DNA of 56,040 nt, filler included, from Dimargaris cristalligena (taxonomy: Eukaryota): assembly GCA_003614675.1 (NCBI GenBank). It is 2 parts of 2 records of this genome, joined end to end, with 100 filler letters (N's around TTAATTAATTAA, not from the genome) between each part and the next. Parts side by side here need not be neighbours in the genome. Positions count along the whole stretch, not along the records: positions 28,124 to 56,040 come from ML002507.1; 1 more part is not named here. One strand, given 5' to 3'. The notes beneath the pieces were generated by a model. The model had not been told where the DNA came from. It saw only the letters and a list, made by a program, of their open reading frames with translations, and did not search any database. The translations under genes and the position numbers were made by a program. Of the stretch, positions 35,333-48,900 are shown piece by piece. How positions within the stretch are numbered: position 1 is the first letter of the stretch; each line of letters opens with the position of its first letter.

Positions 35333-36616
35333 TTAAAGCAGATCCGACTCCGGTCGGACGGTCGGGTTGACGGGGGGTCGGAAACTACCCTCGTTGTATT
35401 CGAAAAACTTGCGCACCCCCATGGGCGGATGACCCAACAACTGGGCCAAATCGCCCGACTGCCGGGTCATGAACCCGGCATTAATCGCCTCGTACACCTC
35501 AACCAAGAACTCGATTTCGTCGGGCTGCAAACGACTCGTGCAGGCCAAATAATGGCGAACCTCGGCGTAGTCCCGCATGGGCGTAAATTGTAAATCCGTG
35601 TGAAGTACCTGACTAGCGTACTCGGCCATTTGGCGACCCTGGACCAGTTCGGGGCCGGTAAAGTGAACCACAGCTAAAGGAAGGGTCGACGGCGGCGGCA
35701 GGGGACCCCCACCGGTTAATCCGGCGTAGGAATGGTCCCCCTGGCTCACCACGGTAAAGTCCGCCTGCATCAAATACAGCACCCCCAACGCGACATCCGC
35801 AATAGCCACGGGACTAAACTCGTTTTGCCAAATGGGAATGGCTAAAGTAGCGGTGGTTTGGATTCCGGCTCGGTACAGAAGGAGGTTCTCGAGCGGGAGG
35901 CTCTTGCGGATGATTTGGGCCCGGCGGGGGGTCCAGGGTCGGGCGGCGTAGCCGCCGCAGCTCCCGGCATCCCCGCCGCTGGCACCTTTGGGCGGCCGGC
36001 CCGGGCGCGGGAAGGCGTCGCGGAAGTGGTGCTCCATCTTAACAAAGGCCTTGAGACGCGGACTGGTCACGTAGTCGATGCCGACGAGGGAGAGCATAAA
36101 AACGAATTCGACTCGGGCGCGGTGGGCTAGTTCCACCAGGTAGGTCCAGTCTTCCATAGGCTGGGTGTCGGGGGTTCCCGTGTGGTTGGGTACGAGTAAG
36201 GCCACCGAACAACGGCGAAGGACACTATAACAGGGGGATTCGCAGACTCCCCCACCACTGCCATTGCTACTACACCCGCTATTACTTCGACTACCACCTC
36301 GAATTCGGCCGTCCCGATTACCTTCAACGGAATAGGATGACGATGTAGAAGAAGAGGAGGAAGAGTTGCCGTCGGAGGTCGAGCCGGACGGCTGGGTGGC
36401 ATCGATACTGGAACAGCCCGGACGGAAACTAACGACGTGGGCGCCCAGGTCGGCTAACTCCTGGGCGATTTCCGAGTTGGGGTCCAAGACACCACAGTAC
36501 AGTTTGCGGAGGCACCGGCGGCTGAGGCCAGTTAGAAGGGATTTGCATATGACGTAACCGGCTTGTTCGTCGGCGATACCGACAAACATGGGCACGCCAC
36601 GGATAGCGAGAGGCAT
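35333..36616 (-). CDS. Atypical SDR / NmrA-like NAD(P)-binding-fold protein, intronless, 427 aa
   Basis: Rossmann-like N-terminus, LADLGAHVV, FVFMLSLVG, F.KMEH.F, ENLLLY, FSPVAIADVA, FTGPELV.G..MAEYAS.VL, DLAQLLGHPPMGVRKFF, typical of NmrA-like proteins. Confidence 0.75.
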   Translation of the reverse strand: MPLAIRGVPMFVGIADEQAGYVICKSLLTGLSRRCLRKLYCGVLDPNSEIAQELADLGAHVVSFRPGCSSIDATQPSGSTSDGNSSSSSSTSSSYSVEGNRDGRIRGGSRSNSGCSSNGSGGGVCESPCYSVLRRCSVALLVPNHTGTPDTQPMEDWTYLVELAHRARVEFVFMLSLVGIDYVTSPRLKAFVKMEHHFRDAFPRPGRPPKGASGGDAGSCGGYAARPWTPRRAQIIRKSLPLENLLLYRAGIQTTATLAIPIWQNEFSPVAIADVALGVLYLMQADFTVVSQGDHSYAGLTGGGPLPPPSTLPLAVVHFTGPELVQGRQMAEYASQVLHTDLQFTPMRDYAEVRHYLACTSRLQPDEIEFLVEVYEAINAGFMTRQSGDLAQLLGHPPMGVRKFFEYNEGSFRPPVNPTVRPESDLL

Positions 36617-39600
36617 AATAGCGGGGTTTTACTTGGTTGTGTGTTTTGTTTCTTTTATCAAGCAAAATGGGCGGACTATGATATACAAGAGTAAGTAATA
36701 CGGAGTTGACGGGGCGGAAAAGACAACGAAGACGACAAGGAGAACGGCGCAGAAATGATATAAAACGGGGATAGACTAACTAGCGTCTACGGTCAACTAT
36801 AAGTAAAAAAGAGCAGCTATTGTAAACGGGCAACTTGGCGGGGCTAACCACGAACGAATGACGATCCTATGTAAATACTGGCTAGCTGGTAACGAATGAA
36901 AGAGATATATATATAAGATGAACGATGGGTTCGTTTTCAGCATTAATGCTTTTTCGTAATTAACCGCCACCGACATTGAGTGCTTTTATTATTACCGGAG
37001 CACGTTCTACACTTTGGCGTGAATGAGGCCATTGGTACCACACAACCTTCCATTCCATACATAAAAAAATACGTCATAATGATTGATTGTTTCGCTGGGG
37101 GTACGGTCAGAGGTTAGCCGCCCCGAATCCACCATCCTTACAAATCGGATTTATCAAAGAACCGTCTGGCAAGGGATTCAGATAGATATCTCCTTTATAA
37201 TTATATATATAATTTCTTATGAATAGGCTTTATTTGTCAGCCCTTGAGCAGATTAAACCCCCATGGCTGGCAATAATAATTTATCAAAGACGGCCTGTTG
37301 CAGCAGCACGAGACTTCCTGGATAAGCCTGTACCCTACACTATCGCACCAGCAACAAACAGAGCCCATCAGCAAGATAACGATTCCTATCCCTTGATTTG
37401 TTTCACCCGTCCCCTTCCATGACACCACTATTCCCCCATGTATCTCCGCCATTGCTGTAAAACGCACGCTAACCCGCGCCCCCGTCATCGGACCCTGGAT
37501 TAGGTAACATTGTGGGGCCCCATGGACCAAAAAGGGTCTTTGTGCGGCTCCTCATCCCCATCCCCGCCCACACTGTCCCTGCCTTCCGAATTGTCTGGGT
37601 CGTAACCACCACGGTACACAGTCCCCGTCCTCCCTTCAACATTCCCTCACCGGCACTTCCACTTACCCAAGGAACTTTGATCCACTTTGGTGCATCTCTC
37701 TTTTATCCCCCAAGGAAAAGTCCCAGAAGACCCTTGGTCCGTAGTATAGTATACAATACCCCGGGTCCCTCCCAACAGCAGCTACTAGACTCCCCCCACC
37801 TTGCAAGTCGATTGTCCCCGCGCTTACATGGATCGACGCCCCCATACCCAAGATGCGAGGAAACTTAAGACGCCAGTTCCCTCAGGCGATATAATGAGTT
37901 GATTGGCAATGTTTAGACAACATGAACGCTAAAGGCACTAAAACTACTATAAACGATCCGCGGGGTATTTTCCCCAACGTCGGAAATGCCGGAAGGCAAA
38001 GTCAAGGTCGGACTTCGGCTGGGCTGGACCACTCAGCCTCACCTTTCCTCCTCTCTTGTTCTTTTATTGCCCCTCCCTATGCGGTATGAATCTTGCTACC
38101 CGTTCCACACCCCAGCCTGTTTTTTTTATTCCTCCTCACCATCCCCTATTCCCTTGCGCACGGCCACAGTGGTTCACCCCCACCACTACCTTTCCTCCCC
38201 GAAGGCCCATTGTCACAATGATACGGGATATTCGATCACAGTCCGCCTGTCTCTGATCAGTGGATGGGCTGGCTGTGAACTATAGGATATTAATCAACAG
38301 CCGGAGAGTGGTGGCAAGGGCTCATTCCCCATGTCACCCATATTAAAAACCACTATGGGGGAGTAAGAGAATATTCTTCTTTACTGGACTCCCCGTAATT
38401 GTAAGGAATCTGACCAGGGGGCTGCGAAATAGATCATTAGCGGGGATATCCTAAAAATAACCGGTAATGGCGTAATGAGTCTAACACTACTCGGGTGTGA
38501 ACCGGAAAAGGTCCTCCCGCATATGGTGGAATAATCCGTGCCAAACCCCCTCCCTGGTCGCGCGTCAGGCGGGGAAAGTAAGTGATCTATGTTGTGATTA
38601 AGAGTAAACCCTTAGAGCCACGGAGGATGGTGTAGAGCTGGGGTATATAATCGGTCAGGTCGGCGTCGGGCCATAAACTTGGATAAATCAGCAACCCTTG
38701 GCTGGCAACCAGCCGCTATCATCGACCGCATCACCCCACCTCAACCACCATTTGGAACGTACAAACTAGAACCAAATCCGAGACGATCCTTTAGCGGTTT
38801 CAAGTGCCTGGTTTTCCTTTGATGTGAATGGTTTGGATACTAATTCCAATCAACCCGGACCGTTCCGGAGATTGTCTACCCCGCCCCCTCTTTCGCCTAC
38901 CCAAGAGAACCTTCACCTTTGCCTTTACCTGAATGATAGAGTTCCAGGCTCTCTCGTTCAGGCAACTCTGCAGCCAGCTGTTTCTCAACACCCACTCTTC
39001 CAGCCGTAGTCGAAGGTGATGTCCGTCCCCATAAACTCGCATCCATTACCAAATCGGTAAAGTACCTATGCTTGCCCATGGTCACTGATAGCCAAGTAGG
39101 CCAAACTCACATGTCTTTTTTTTTCGTTTATGTATTACTATTCTCAGCTCTATTGATTGGCCATGATGCTGATAAGGATGACCAGTCCATCTGGAGGGAG
39201 GTAGGGAAGTAGTGAAGGTCTATATCCTGTACAGGAAGGGTCCTTTGGCCAGGGCCTAGGCTGTCGTATTATGACCATCAGGTGCCGACCATAGGGACAG
39301 CACTGGCATTCAGGGGGGTTACGGTCGAGGTCATTCCAAGACCTCCGCGCCCCCAACCGCCGGTGACGGCACTAACCTGCAGGGGGACTGGGATGGGATT
39401 GGGTGAGCTGGGATGCTAAAAATGAACCCACAACCCCATTTTAAATACTCGGGTGGACCGAGAGGTTGGACTCCATTTTCGGCTGTTCGTTCACACATTT
39501 ACCGCTTGTTTACAGGAGGAGGCCTCCAACCGGTGATTGCAGAAGGGGGAGATGTGGAGGGGGTTGGAAAGCATCCCCTTACTCAGTGCTCTCTTCCATT

Positions 39601-40574
39601 TCATCACTATCCCTTCCTGCTAGCCGTCTTTTAGTGGGTTTCGAATAAGACGTCCCTTCAACTGCGTAAGGTCGTGAGAATAGCAGTATATTCTGGGCAT
39701 TGTATATTTGGAGCGGGTCGAAATATATATATATATATATATAATGAGAAGGCCCCCGACTGGCTACGTTAAATGACCCGGGGCGGGTTCGGACAGGAGT
39801 TAGGCCCGACCCATCTAAAGGAAACGGTGGGTGTGCATATTTATGAAGAGCGGAAAAATACGGCCAGTTTCTTCCGCCCCCGCCTACTAGATAGACCAAC
39901 CCTATAATTGATCCCCGTACTATTCGAACGACACGATTGAGATCCACAGGGAGCGATGGGCGAGGAGAAGAGGATACGGAGAAAAAGAACAGGAGAGGAG
40001 GTATCGGCAGAGATGCCCCGAAATAAGACCAGGGTTTTAGACCTCCCCTCCAGTCGCCAAAGAGACGACTTCCCCTATGGCCCAATTAGCGATATCAGAG
40101 TTGGACAATCCACTTTTTAAAAGTTCTCATCATTACCAGGGCCAATTGGCCCCGGGTTCGCAGCCAATCCCATGTGGAATTGATGCGATTATTCACTTAT
40201 ATTCGCTAAGAAAATGAAAGGAAAGTGGGAAAAACCGCAATCGATTATATATATATTAACAGACTAAAAGCAACTAAAAATCCGGCTTGGAGAAGGAGGA
40301 GGGAGATGGGCAGAATAAAAAAATATACATTATAAAATAACATCAAAGGGAACGTATGGCCGCCGATGGTGCGATCCGGGCCAAGACACGGAGAATACAG
40401 AGGCCGTCGTCCGCCCGGTTGGGAAACTGGGGTCGACGGTGGTTGGTTGGCTGTGTTGTGCTCTAGCCAATGGGTACGGCGGGGAGTGGGAGTGAGTGCA
40501 TTTCCTTTTCCGGCTAAGCGGAATTCTGGCCGTTGTATTCCCCCGAAAGGTGGTTGCACTGGCGCACCTTATCC

Positions 40575-40578
<4 letters not shown>

Positions 40579-40615
<37 letters not shown>

Positions 40616-40618
40616 TCT
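40579..40618. repeat. (CT)n microsatellite
   Basis: About 20 CT units with one interruption. Confidence 0.9.
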
Positions 40619-43600
40619 GTAAACCTAACCAGCGAATCGAAAAAAAGGCCCGGTTGGGAAGCGGCTCGCCAGCCGCCTTTAAATCTACGGGGCAGGATAC
40701 ATGGTTAGAAAAAGGGAAATGTTACGGAATAGACGGTGAAATAGGTATGCGCAAGACCCAACCTTACGTCATTGGATTTCAAGGAATTTATATATTGGGC
40801 TGTAGGTCAGCACGAGGGGGATAAATGTATCTACTATAGGGTGATTGCTATTTTTAACTAAATGATACATCTACATCTCCTGCATTTCGAACTCTGCTGC
40901 CCATTATCGCTAGCCGAACTCCTTAAATCAAACACCCCTGACCTTCCCCTTTCCAATAATCACCCCCTCCAATGCTGGCTGATGCCCAAAAGGGGGCTCC
41001 ACGGCTGTGGAATGGGTTACCCATTAGTACAGTCTCAACTTGGACCTAGTGATCGACTCCATGACTGGGCTCACCCTTCAGTGTTTCTCCACCACCACTT
41101 CTTAGATCTGGGCAACAGCCGCTTTACCTGTATTGCCCATCTATTATTATTTCTTTGCCGGTCTATGTGGTTGAGTTTGGCCAGACCAAACACATCCCCC
41201 CTGCAAGCCTGTGTGATAGATAGGCATGGGGGCAATCTTCCCCAGATTACGACTGGCCCGTAGTACTCACTCCAACCCCCCACTTTTAACCGCCCGCCCC
41301 TGTCATTATTAGCCTGGTCCCCCCCACTACTCCCGGAACCAAGTTGCCATTAATTTATAACTACGAATTGCCCATATTTCGCACTGGACTACGAGTGTAC
41401 ATATCCACACACACACACACGGTAAACCCTTATTAAGAAAAGGATGCGCTTGAGCTATTACGGGTGTCACCATGGAGGCGTGCTACTGGCCGATATATCT
41501 CTATTAGATTTAGAGGAGGCTAAATATAGCCGGGTACAGCCGCGATGAAGTATCAGATAAATTCGGTCTTTCCAGGTCATTTCCCTATCGGATTAAGTTA
41601 CATTTTATTTTAAAGGACCTGATTAGTTGAGACTATCCGACAAATCAAGAGTTGGCCGTGTTCACATCAGCTCCCTTCATCCTTTCTCATGGCTTCGTCC
41701 TTGTTGGTAAAGCGGGGTGGGTAATATATTATTGATATTGGTCTTATAGGGAGGGATGCGTGCATGTATCCCCTCCCCTCCCCCTGCGAACGGCTTAAAT
41801 ATATTTAGAGGAGGTATTCATCTGCCATTGACACACCCAATGACAGGTTCTCCACGAGTTGCGCTTAACCAGGCCATCCTAGTCTCATAATAGCAACGTC
41901 ACAGGGGCCAAGGAAATGGCTACTTGGCGGATGAATATAGTTTTGACTAAAGGGTGATAATAGATTCACTAAACCCAAAAAACTAATTATATGAGGTGGT
42001 TGCCGAGGGTTCCAAATAATAAATAATAATAATAAAAATAAAAAAAGAATGTGCCTAATAAAGCTAGGTAATCCCCAGCAGAAAAGAGAGGGAGAGTGCA
42101 TCCTTAGGCCGATCATCATAACTCTCAGCGTGGTGGACCACCATTATTAGTCCATTTGGTATAGGAAGGTGATAAATACGGTGCTCATCAACTAGGGGAC
42201 CCCCGAAACACCTTCCATGATGCTACGGCCTCCTTTCTTAAAAAAGCCCCTCTAGTCGCACATGAATGGTGGGGGGGGGGGCATATAGCGTGTCCGGCTG
42301 GGAAATAGCCTGGTTTATTGTCAGTGGTGAAGAATAGGGTGTATGGAAAGCACTTGCTCGTTTCGTTCCCCTTTCCCTAATACTATTCCTTGCGACCCAG
42401 GCAGGGACTGTAGGTAAACCACATGAAAAGCACCTACCTACTTATCTATCTACCCATGGCATGGGGGGCCACGGGCAACGCTCCTCCAAATAAAGGCACC
42501 TATGGGGCTCCTCCTGAACTGTACTGTTAAATGTGGGTGGTAGGTTGGACCAGGGTAAATGTAGAGTGGGCGAGAGGCATGCGGGGTGAGTTCCAGTTTA
42601 AGCGGGAGGAAGGGGGGTAAAGGATGCCTGCTATAGTTGGCAGCTGAACGATCCACAAGCGGCAGCGTATTTCTCTGGTGCAAATCATGGCGGCGGATTG
42701 GGGGGAAAAGAACAAGCGACTACGGCGGCGACCAGGAGATTGGGATGTACCTGCCCCACCCAGACTAGACTAGACCAAACCGGAAAAGGCATGGTTGTCT
42801 TATGCATCGACTGCGTGGACGGTCGATTTTAGGGATGGGCAGTGCCAATCTGTCGATGTGGTAAATTTAGATGGTTTAGTGTTCGGCCGACGACGAGAAG
42901 AGAAGAGTTTGGGTAAGAAGCGATTCTAAAAGATACGCGATTATATGCGTAAGATTGGCATATGCGCCGGGTTTTACGAAGGTTGGTGGTCTACGAGACT
43001 TGATTTTTCGGGGTCAAGGCGCATCCTATACAGCCCCGTCGGCCCGATCTTAATTTGACCAGGCCTAGAGCCGAACCCGCTCTGCTCTGCCTTCCGCATT
43101 AACCCGCTTTGTATGCGCGGGTGCATACAGTCCAGCCAACCCTGGCCAAACTCCCAGGGTGAGAGGCTTGTTGCGCCAATGGCACGAGAGTCAGTCTCGC
43201 CTTTTCCCTTCACTATCTCTCTCTTTTTCACTCCTCTCACTCACCTTTTGGGATATAATAATCGGGGAGGGCGGGTTTCATTTACTCATCCTTCCAGCGG
43301 AATCATCCGGGCGGTTGGGGGAGCTCCCTCTCTGTATATGCACCCGTCATGTGGAAAAGTATTAAACCTGGATCTGAGCCGGCCTTACCTCCAGTAGCTC
43401 TTTTGCTGGACTGCCGTATCACACACCTCAACTTACTTGTTTTCTCTAATAGATTATATATATATATACATATATACATAGCATCCCACCACCACCGAGT
43501 CCTAGTAGTACTAGTGTCCTTATCAAATTGCCGCATACATGCATACATGTTTATTTTAGCTAGGTGCTTGACAAACCTTTCCTTCGCCACTGCTAAATAC

Positions 43601-45992
43601 TAATCATACATACAACACACATATGTATATACATAGTTTCGTATATTATCCCTCTTTCCTTCTCTTTTTACATTAATTATATATATATATATCCCTTCCT
43701 CCACTCTGTTAAGAGCTGATTGCTATTTCCTTAATTGTCAACCCATATCTTCCCTCCCCTCCCCGCCCCAAACCTAACCCTCTAACCCTCCTCCCAATCA
43801 ACCAGCACCTTTCTTTACTGGTCCAAGCGCGCCTGCTTCCTTTTCCCTTCCTTTCCCCATATATCTCCGCTTATACACACAGCCTCCTCACCCACCTCTT
43901 CTCTTTCTCTTTTGCTCTAAATATCCTTGGGGCTCCCTTTTTCTTCCCCGCATATCTCCTCCCCCTGCGGAGAGTCCCGCTTGGTGTAAAGTTTATTCGC
44001 TTCTCTCTCTCTTTAATACTTTGGTCTGTCGTCTTCGCTTGGCGTACTACCAATACTATATATATATATATACATATATTATATACTCGGCCTTAGTTGT
44101 CCGCCCAGGCAAAACCGCCCCTTACTTCTTTTGCCTGTTCCTTCTTACTCCTCTGGAACCAGAGACACCAAGTCCCGGATTAACTTATTTCCACTTATTC
44201 ACCCTTTTCGTGTGCTGCTTTCTCAGAACCCCATTCCCCGCCCATTTCTATTCCACATCGCCTGTTTAGGTTTGCAGGTCCCCTCCAAGGTAAGTCATGT
44301 AATATTTCGCCTCATAAGGTTCATCCGGGTTGGTCGTTTGACCAGGAACGCCACCGAAACACTGAGCACAAGCAGTGGAGCTGGCCAGGCCCCTCTACTA
44401 GCATCTCACCCGGACCACCGATGAGCATAGAGCGTGGTCGCGGTCTCTAGTTGGGGGTAGCACTGGGGTCGCGAATTTACCTATCACGCTTATATCCCCG
44501 ATTTTTGAGCAGTAGTTCGTAGTGGCTATGATAGAAGAGGGGGAGGGTGGCCTATCTGGCCTGCCTTGATTATCGGCCTCCACATCATTAGGTGCAAAAT
44601 TGAGGAGGGGGTTGCTTGTTATAGTTAGCTATACCAATGTAGTTTAGACTATGGTGGATGGCCTCTGTATACATACCCCCCCCCTTCTATTGTAGATATA
44701 TGCATTGCTGAGATGGGGTGGCGGTACTTCTCTCCTCACCCTAACGCGCTCTAGGCCAAGGTCCCACACACCACCTCTCTCTCAGCATAATCATCATCCG
44801 CCGCCACACCAAACTTTCGGACAACATCAATCGAGAAGAGAATGGGTGGTGGACCTGCCGCCCGTCATCCTCCGAGAGAAAAATAATTGGTTCATTTCAC
44901 TTTAAACCGATTTGATATTTCTTGACGCCCCCAGCGTCCATAATATTAGCGATATTACCCGGTGCCCATGCCCCTTCTTTGCTAATAGCGTTTTTATATT
45001 TTGTATTGTTGTTGTCCACCTCCTTCTACTTATTATCCCCGTCGTCGCCAATTTATATTACAGAAAGGTCCATTCAGAAGCCAGCCACTCGTTTAGGCAA
45101 TCTGGTTACCCAGCCTTTCCTTTTTAATACCATAACCCGGTCCGCCCTCTACTCCTACTCATTCTCTTCGCTCTGTATAACTCAGCGAACTGCTCTATCA
45201 TTTGTTGACCACTCTCTCCTCTGATACTTCTCCTCCAAGCTGTTCTACTCTATTCGCTCTCACTAGTAGCTATAACTAGCCCCCGGGTCCAGCCGTCCTA
45301 CTCCCTGCCCCTTGAGCCCCCCTTCTATTTTATTCATCCCCATTTATATTGTTATTACTCTCTCCCTTGCCATTGAATCGAAACCAAAAGTTTTTAACCC
45401 ACTCTTGTTACTTTTCAGCACTATACTATTACTTGTTACCTAGTTTTACGACGTACCGCCTCCTCTCGTCGCCCTTTTCCACAGCGCCTGTACCTCTCTC
45501 CTTAGTGTACTTGGACGTTTCGTTTCGTTTTGTTTTACCAGTATCAGTAGCCCTGTGTGCCTTCCCCCTGACGTATTGAACCGGTTGATTTGCTTCCTTT
45601 TAACCCCTCCCTTTCCTTCACCTCTCCTCCGTACTACCTCCTTTCTTGTATTTTTCGGACTGCCCAAGCCGTCGAATACATATGGTTACCTAATTCTCAC
45701 CCCTTCCACTATTTAGAGACGCCTCATTTTCCTCTATTCCCCGTCACCGACTGTCAACGTGTTTATTAGGTCCTTCGCGTTAAACATTCTGAGTTGTCCA
45801 CTTCTTACCTTATATCGTCGGTTTTACAATCGCACTTCCCACCTCGTATTGAATCGGCAGTAATCGCCTGGTTGACTGATAACCGCACTTTTGACTACCA
45901 ATCGTTTTCCTTTTTTTTTGTCTTAAAAAAATCACGTCTTTTGACGCATACTCTACCACACATACCTATACTTTTGTTTTTCCCTTCCGGGG

Positions 45993-48900
45993 ATGCACTC
46001 CTTAGTACGGGCCATATACGACTTTGAAGGGAATGGCCCTTCGGGCCTATCCTTCAAACGCGGCGATATTATCGAAGTACACACACAACTCGACTCTGGC
46101 TGGTGGAGTGGTCGGTGCCGGGGTGTGCGTGGCTGGTTCCCCTCAAACTATGTCGAGCCCCACCAAACCGACTCCACTTACCCTTACGTAAATCCGACCC
46201 AGCCCCCCACAGGCGCAATCTCGGGTCCCACAGCCGCCATTCGGGCCATTCAAGCCGACGGGGAGGGTACTGACTCGATAACAACCTCCACTCTACCCCA
46301 GAAGCCCAGTCCAGGTCCCGAGGCCTCAGCATTGTCTTCCCAGGCCCCAGCGGAAGAGTCGGTCGTCCTCAATGGTAGTCGCACCCAGCGGGCAGGCCCA
46401 AGCAGTAGTACTACTATGGCAGTTGGTCCCCCACCGGAATCGAACGCCACTGCCAGTACAACCGCACCTGCTATCACCTCCCCAGCTACTACCACTCCCA
46501 TTTCTGCTACGGTATCGGCCAATCCCCCATCGAATTCCTCTCCGCTCCAGGCCCCCATTAAAGGGTCACCGATTACTCGGCCGTTGGCCGTGGAGCCCAA
46601 AGTTCCCCGGGACCCCTTACCGCCCGGCTGGGGCCTCAAAACTCTCCCAGATGGCCGCATTTATTACTATCACTTGGTCACGGACCTCACCGCCTGGACC
46701 CTGGATGGTGTGGATCCCGAAACCGGAATACGGTCACTCACCAATGGCTCTGGCTCTCCTAATGCCTCCTTTGGCCATTCTACTACCGATTCTTTGCCTA
46801 AAGACCGGCGCCGGGGCTCAGGGGCATCCTCCGACTCCCAGTCATCCATTCCATCCGTGACCGATATTTCCATGTGGGCTTTTAACTTGCAAAAGCGGGG
46901 CCAACAGCCCCGTCAGCGGCGACCCTCAGTGACGATGGGCCCCGCCAATTTCGGCGACGGCCAGCATGGCCAAGGTAACACCTGGGAAATGCTGATGGCC
47001 AATGTGGTTTATGCTATTCAGCAACTCACCAACGCCGGCAAGTCCGACGCCAAGTACGAATACCTGAGTCTAACCCTCAACATCGTGGCGGCAATCCATA
47101 CTATGTTCCGGGCCTCCGACACGGTGGAGCGCGATGCGCCCATATTCCGGTCCCAGAAACTACTCAAGGCCCACCACCGGCAGGTTACCAGCTCGTTGTG
47201 CAAATTGGTAGTATCCGCCAAAAGCGCTTCGATTGTCTGGCCCGCGCCTGACGCCGTACAGATCATGCAGCGGGATGCCAGTGAACTATTGTTGGTTATC
47301 CGCCATTTTGTGATTGCGGCCGAGGACAGCCATGTGGCCCTGCACCCCGTAGACGAGCTGGCGGACGACCCCGCGCCGGGTTCCATGCTGGGTGGTCGCC
47401 ACCCGGCTATGGCTCGGACCATGACCTCCGAGGTGGGTCCGTCCAACATGTCGGTAATGACTGACATTAGCCACGGCCAGCTCTACGATGACGTGATCTC
47501 CAATCGGAATCTCAAGCACGTGGACATCCTATCCCAGCTGGAAACGGTCCTGCACGCCCTGGCCAAGGCCCTCACCCTCCTTTTACGCCACCTGCGGCGG
47601 GGCGAGGTGAGCTTGGTCCGAGTGGTGACGCTAGCCAAAAAATCGGTTTACGAAATTGGCCAGTTCCTACTTATCCTGGAGGAGCTGGACCTGGAGCTGG
47701 CTGGCGAGTCCCTTGCCCGCCAATTCAAACGCAACAAGCAGGTCCTCTACAGCGACCTGGCCAACATTGTCATGGCCATCCAAGCCGCCTCTCAGGAGGA
47801 TAGCGTTGGCCATTTTGTGGATCGCATCCTGGCCCACGGCAACGCCCTTAATAACTCGGTCTATGAGGTGCTCATTACGGCCAAACACGTAGTTGAGGCC
47901 ATGGACCAGCAGGAGGAGAGCCTATTGCTTAATGCGATTGATAAATTGCGCACCAATTCCCCCTCGAATAGTTACGCCGACTTATCGGCTCAGCCCCGTC
48001 GGGCCCAGTCGATGCCCTACCTGAGGGAGCCGGCGGACAAGATGCAAGAGCGGCATATGTCGGCTTTGGAGTACTCGGCCTTCAACCAGAACGCCCGCCT
48101 CCGGGCCAATAGTAACGCCACCACCGTCCATTTTGAAACGGCCGACTCCGATATCCGCCCCTCCGAGAGCCAGAACTCGTCGTTTACCACCTCGAGCCGC
48201 CACCTGCGCCAGGATTCCTCCGCTAACCAACCCCCAGCGGATTCGGACAGCGAGGATAGTTTCACCCATCAAAACCGGTCCGTATCCACAATCAATCAGC
48301 GCAAGAAGCTCAAGAAGTTCTTTGGCGACGATACCCTGCTTACCGGTGCCGGCTCATCCACATCGGCCTCCCATACCCTGCACCGTTCCGGGAGCTCGTC
48401 TTCTGTCGAGGGCATCCCAGGCCAACCTATGGGTCTGCCGTTTTCCAACCCCACTGAAAGCAAAGTTAACAAGTTCTTCGGGGAGCGGGCACCGCTGGTT
48501 TCCCCCGCCGCCCGCTCGGTGGATGAGAAGCCCTGGTATTTGCAGTACGAGTACGACGCCAGTGAATTGCTCTTCAATATGGAAGTCCAGGTCAAAGGAG
48601 GCACTCTGCGGGCCCTGGTGGAGCGCCTGACTATCCACGACGTGGTGGACACCAACTTCCACACTAATTTCCTGCTGACCTACCGGTCGTTTACGACCAC
48701 CAGCGAATTCTTGAGCCTGCTCATCCGCCGTTACCACATCCAGCCCCCACCGGGACTGAAGCCGGAAGAGCTGAAAATATGGAACGAGCGTAAACTCAAA
48801 ATGGTCCGAGTCCGTGTTTACAACATTATCAAAACATGGCTGGAGATTCACTACGTCGAGGATTCGGACATGGACGGTCTTCGCACGCTTCGGGATTTCG

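Noticed and set aside
43771..43790. Telomere-like CTAACCC units
   Set aside because: Only two imperfect copies within a CT-rich leader.
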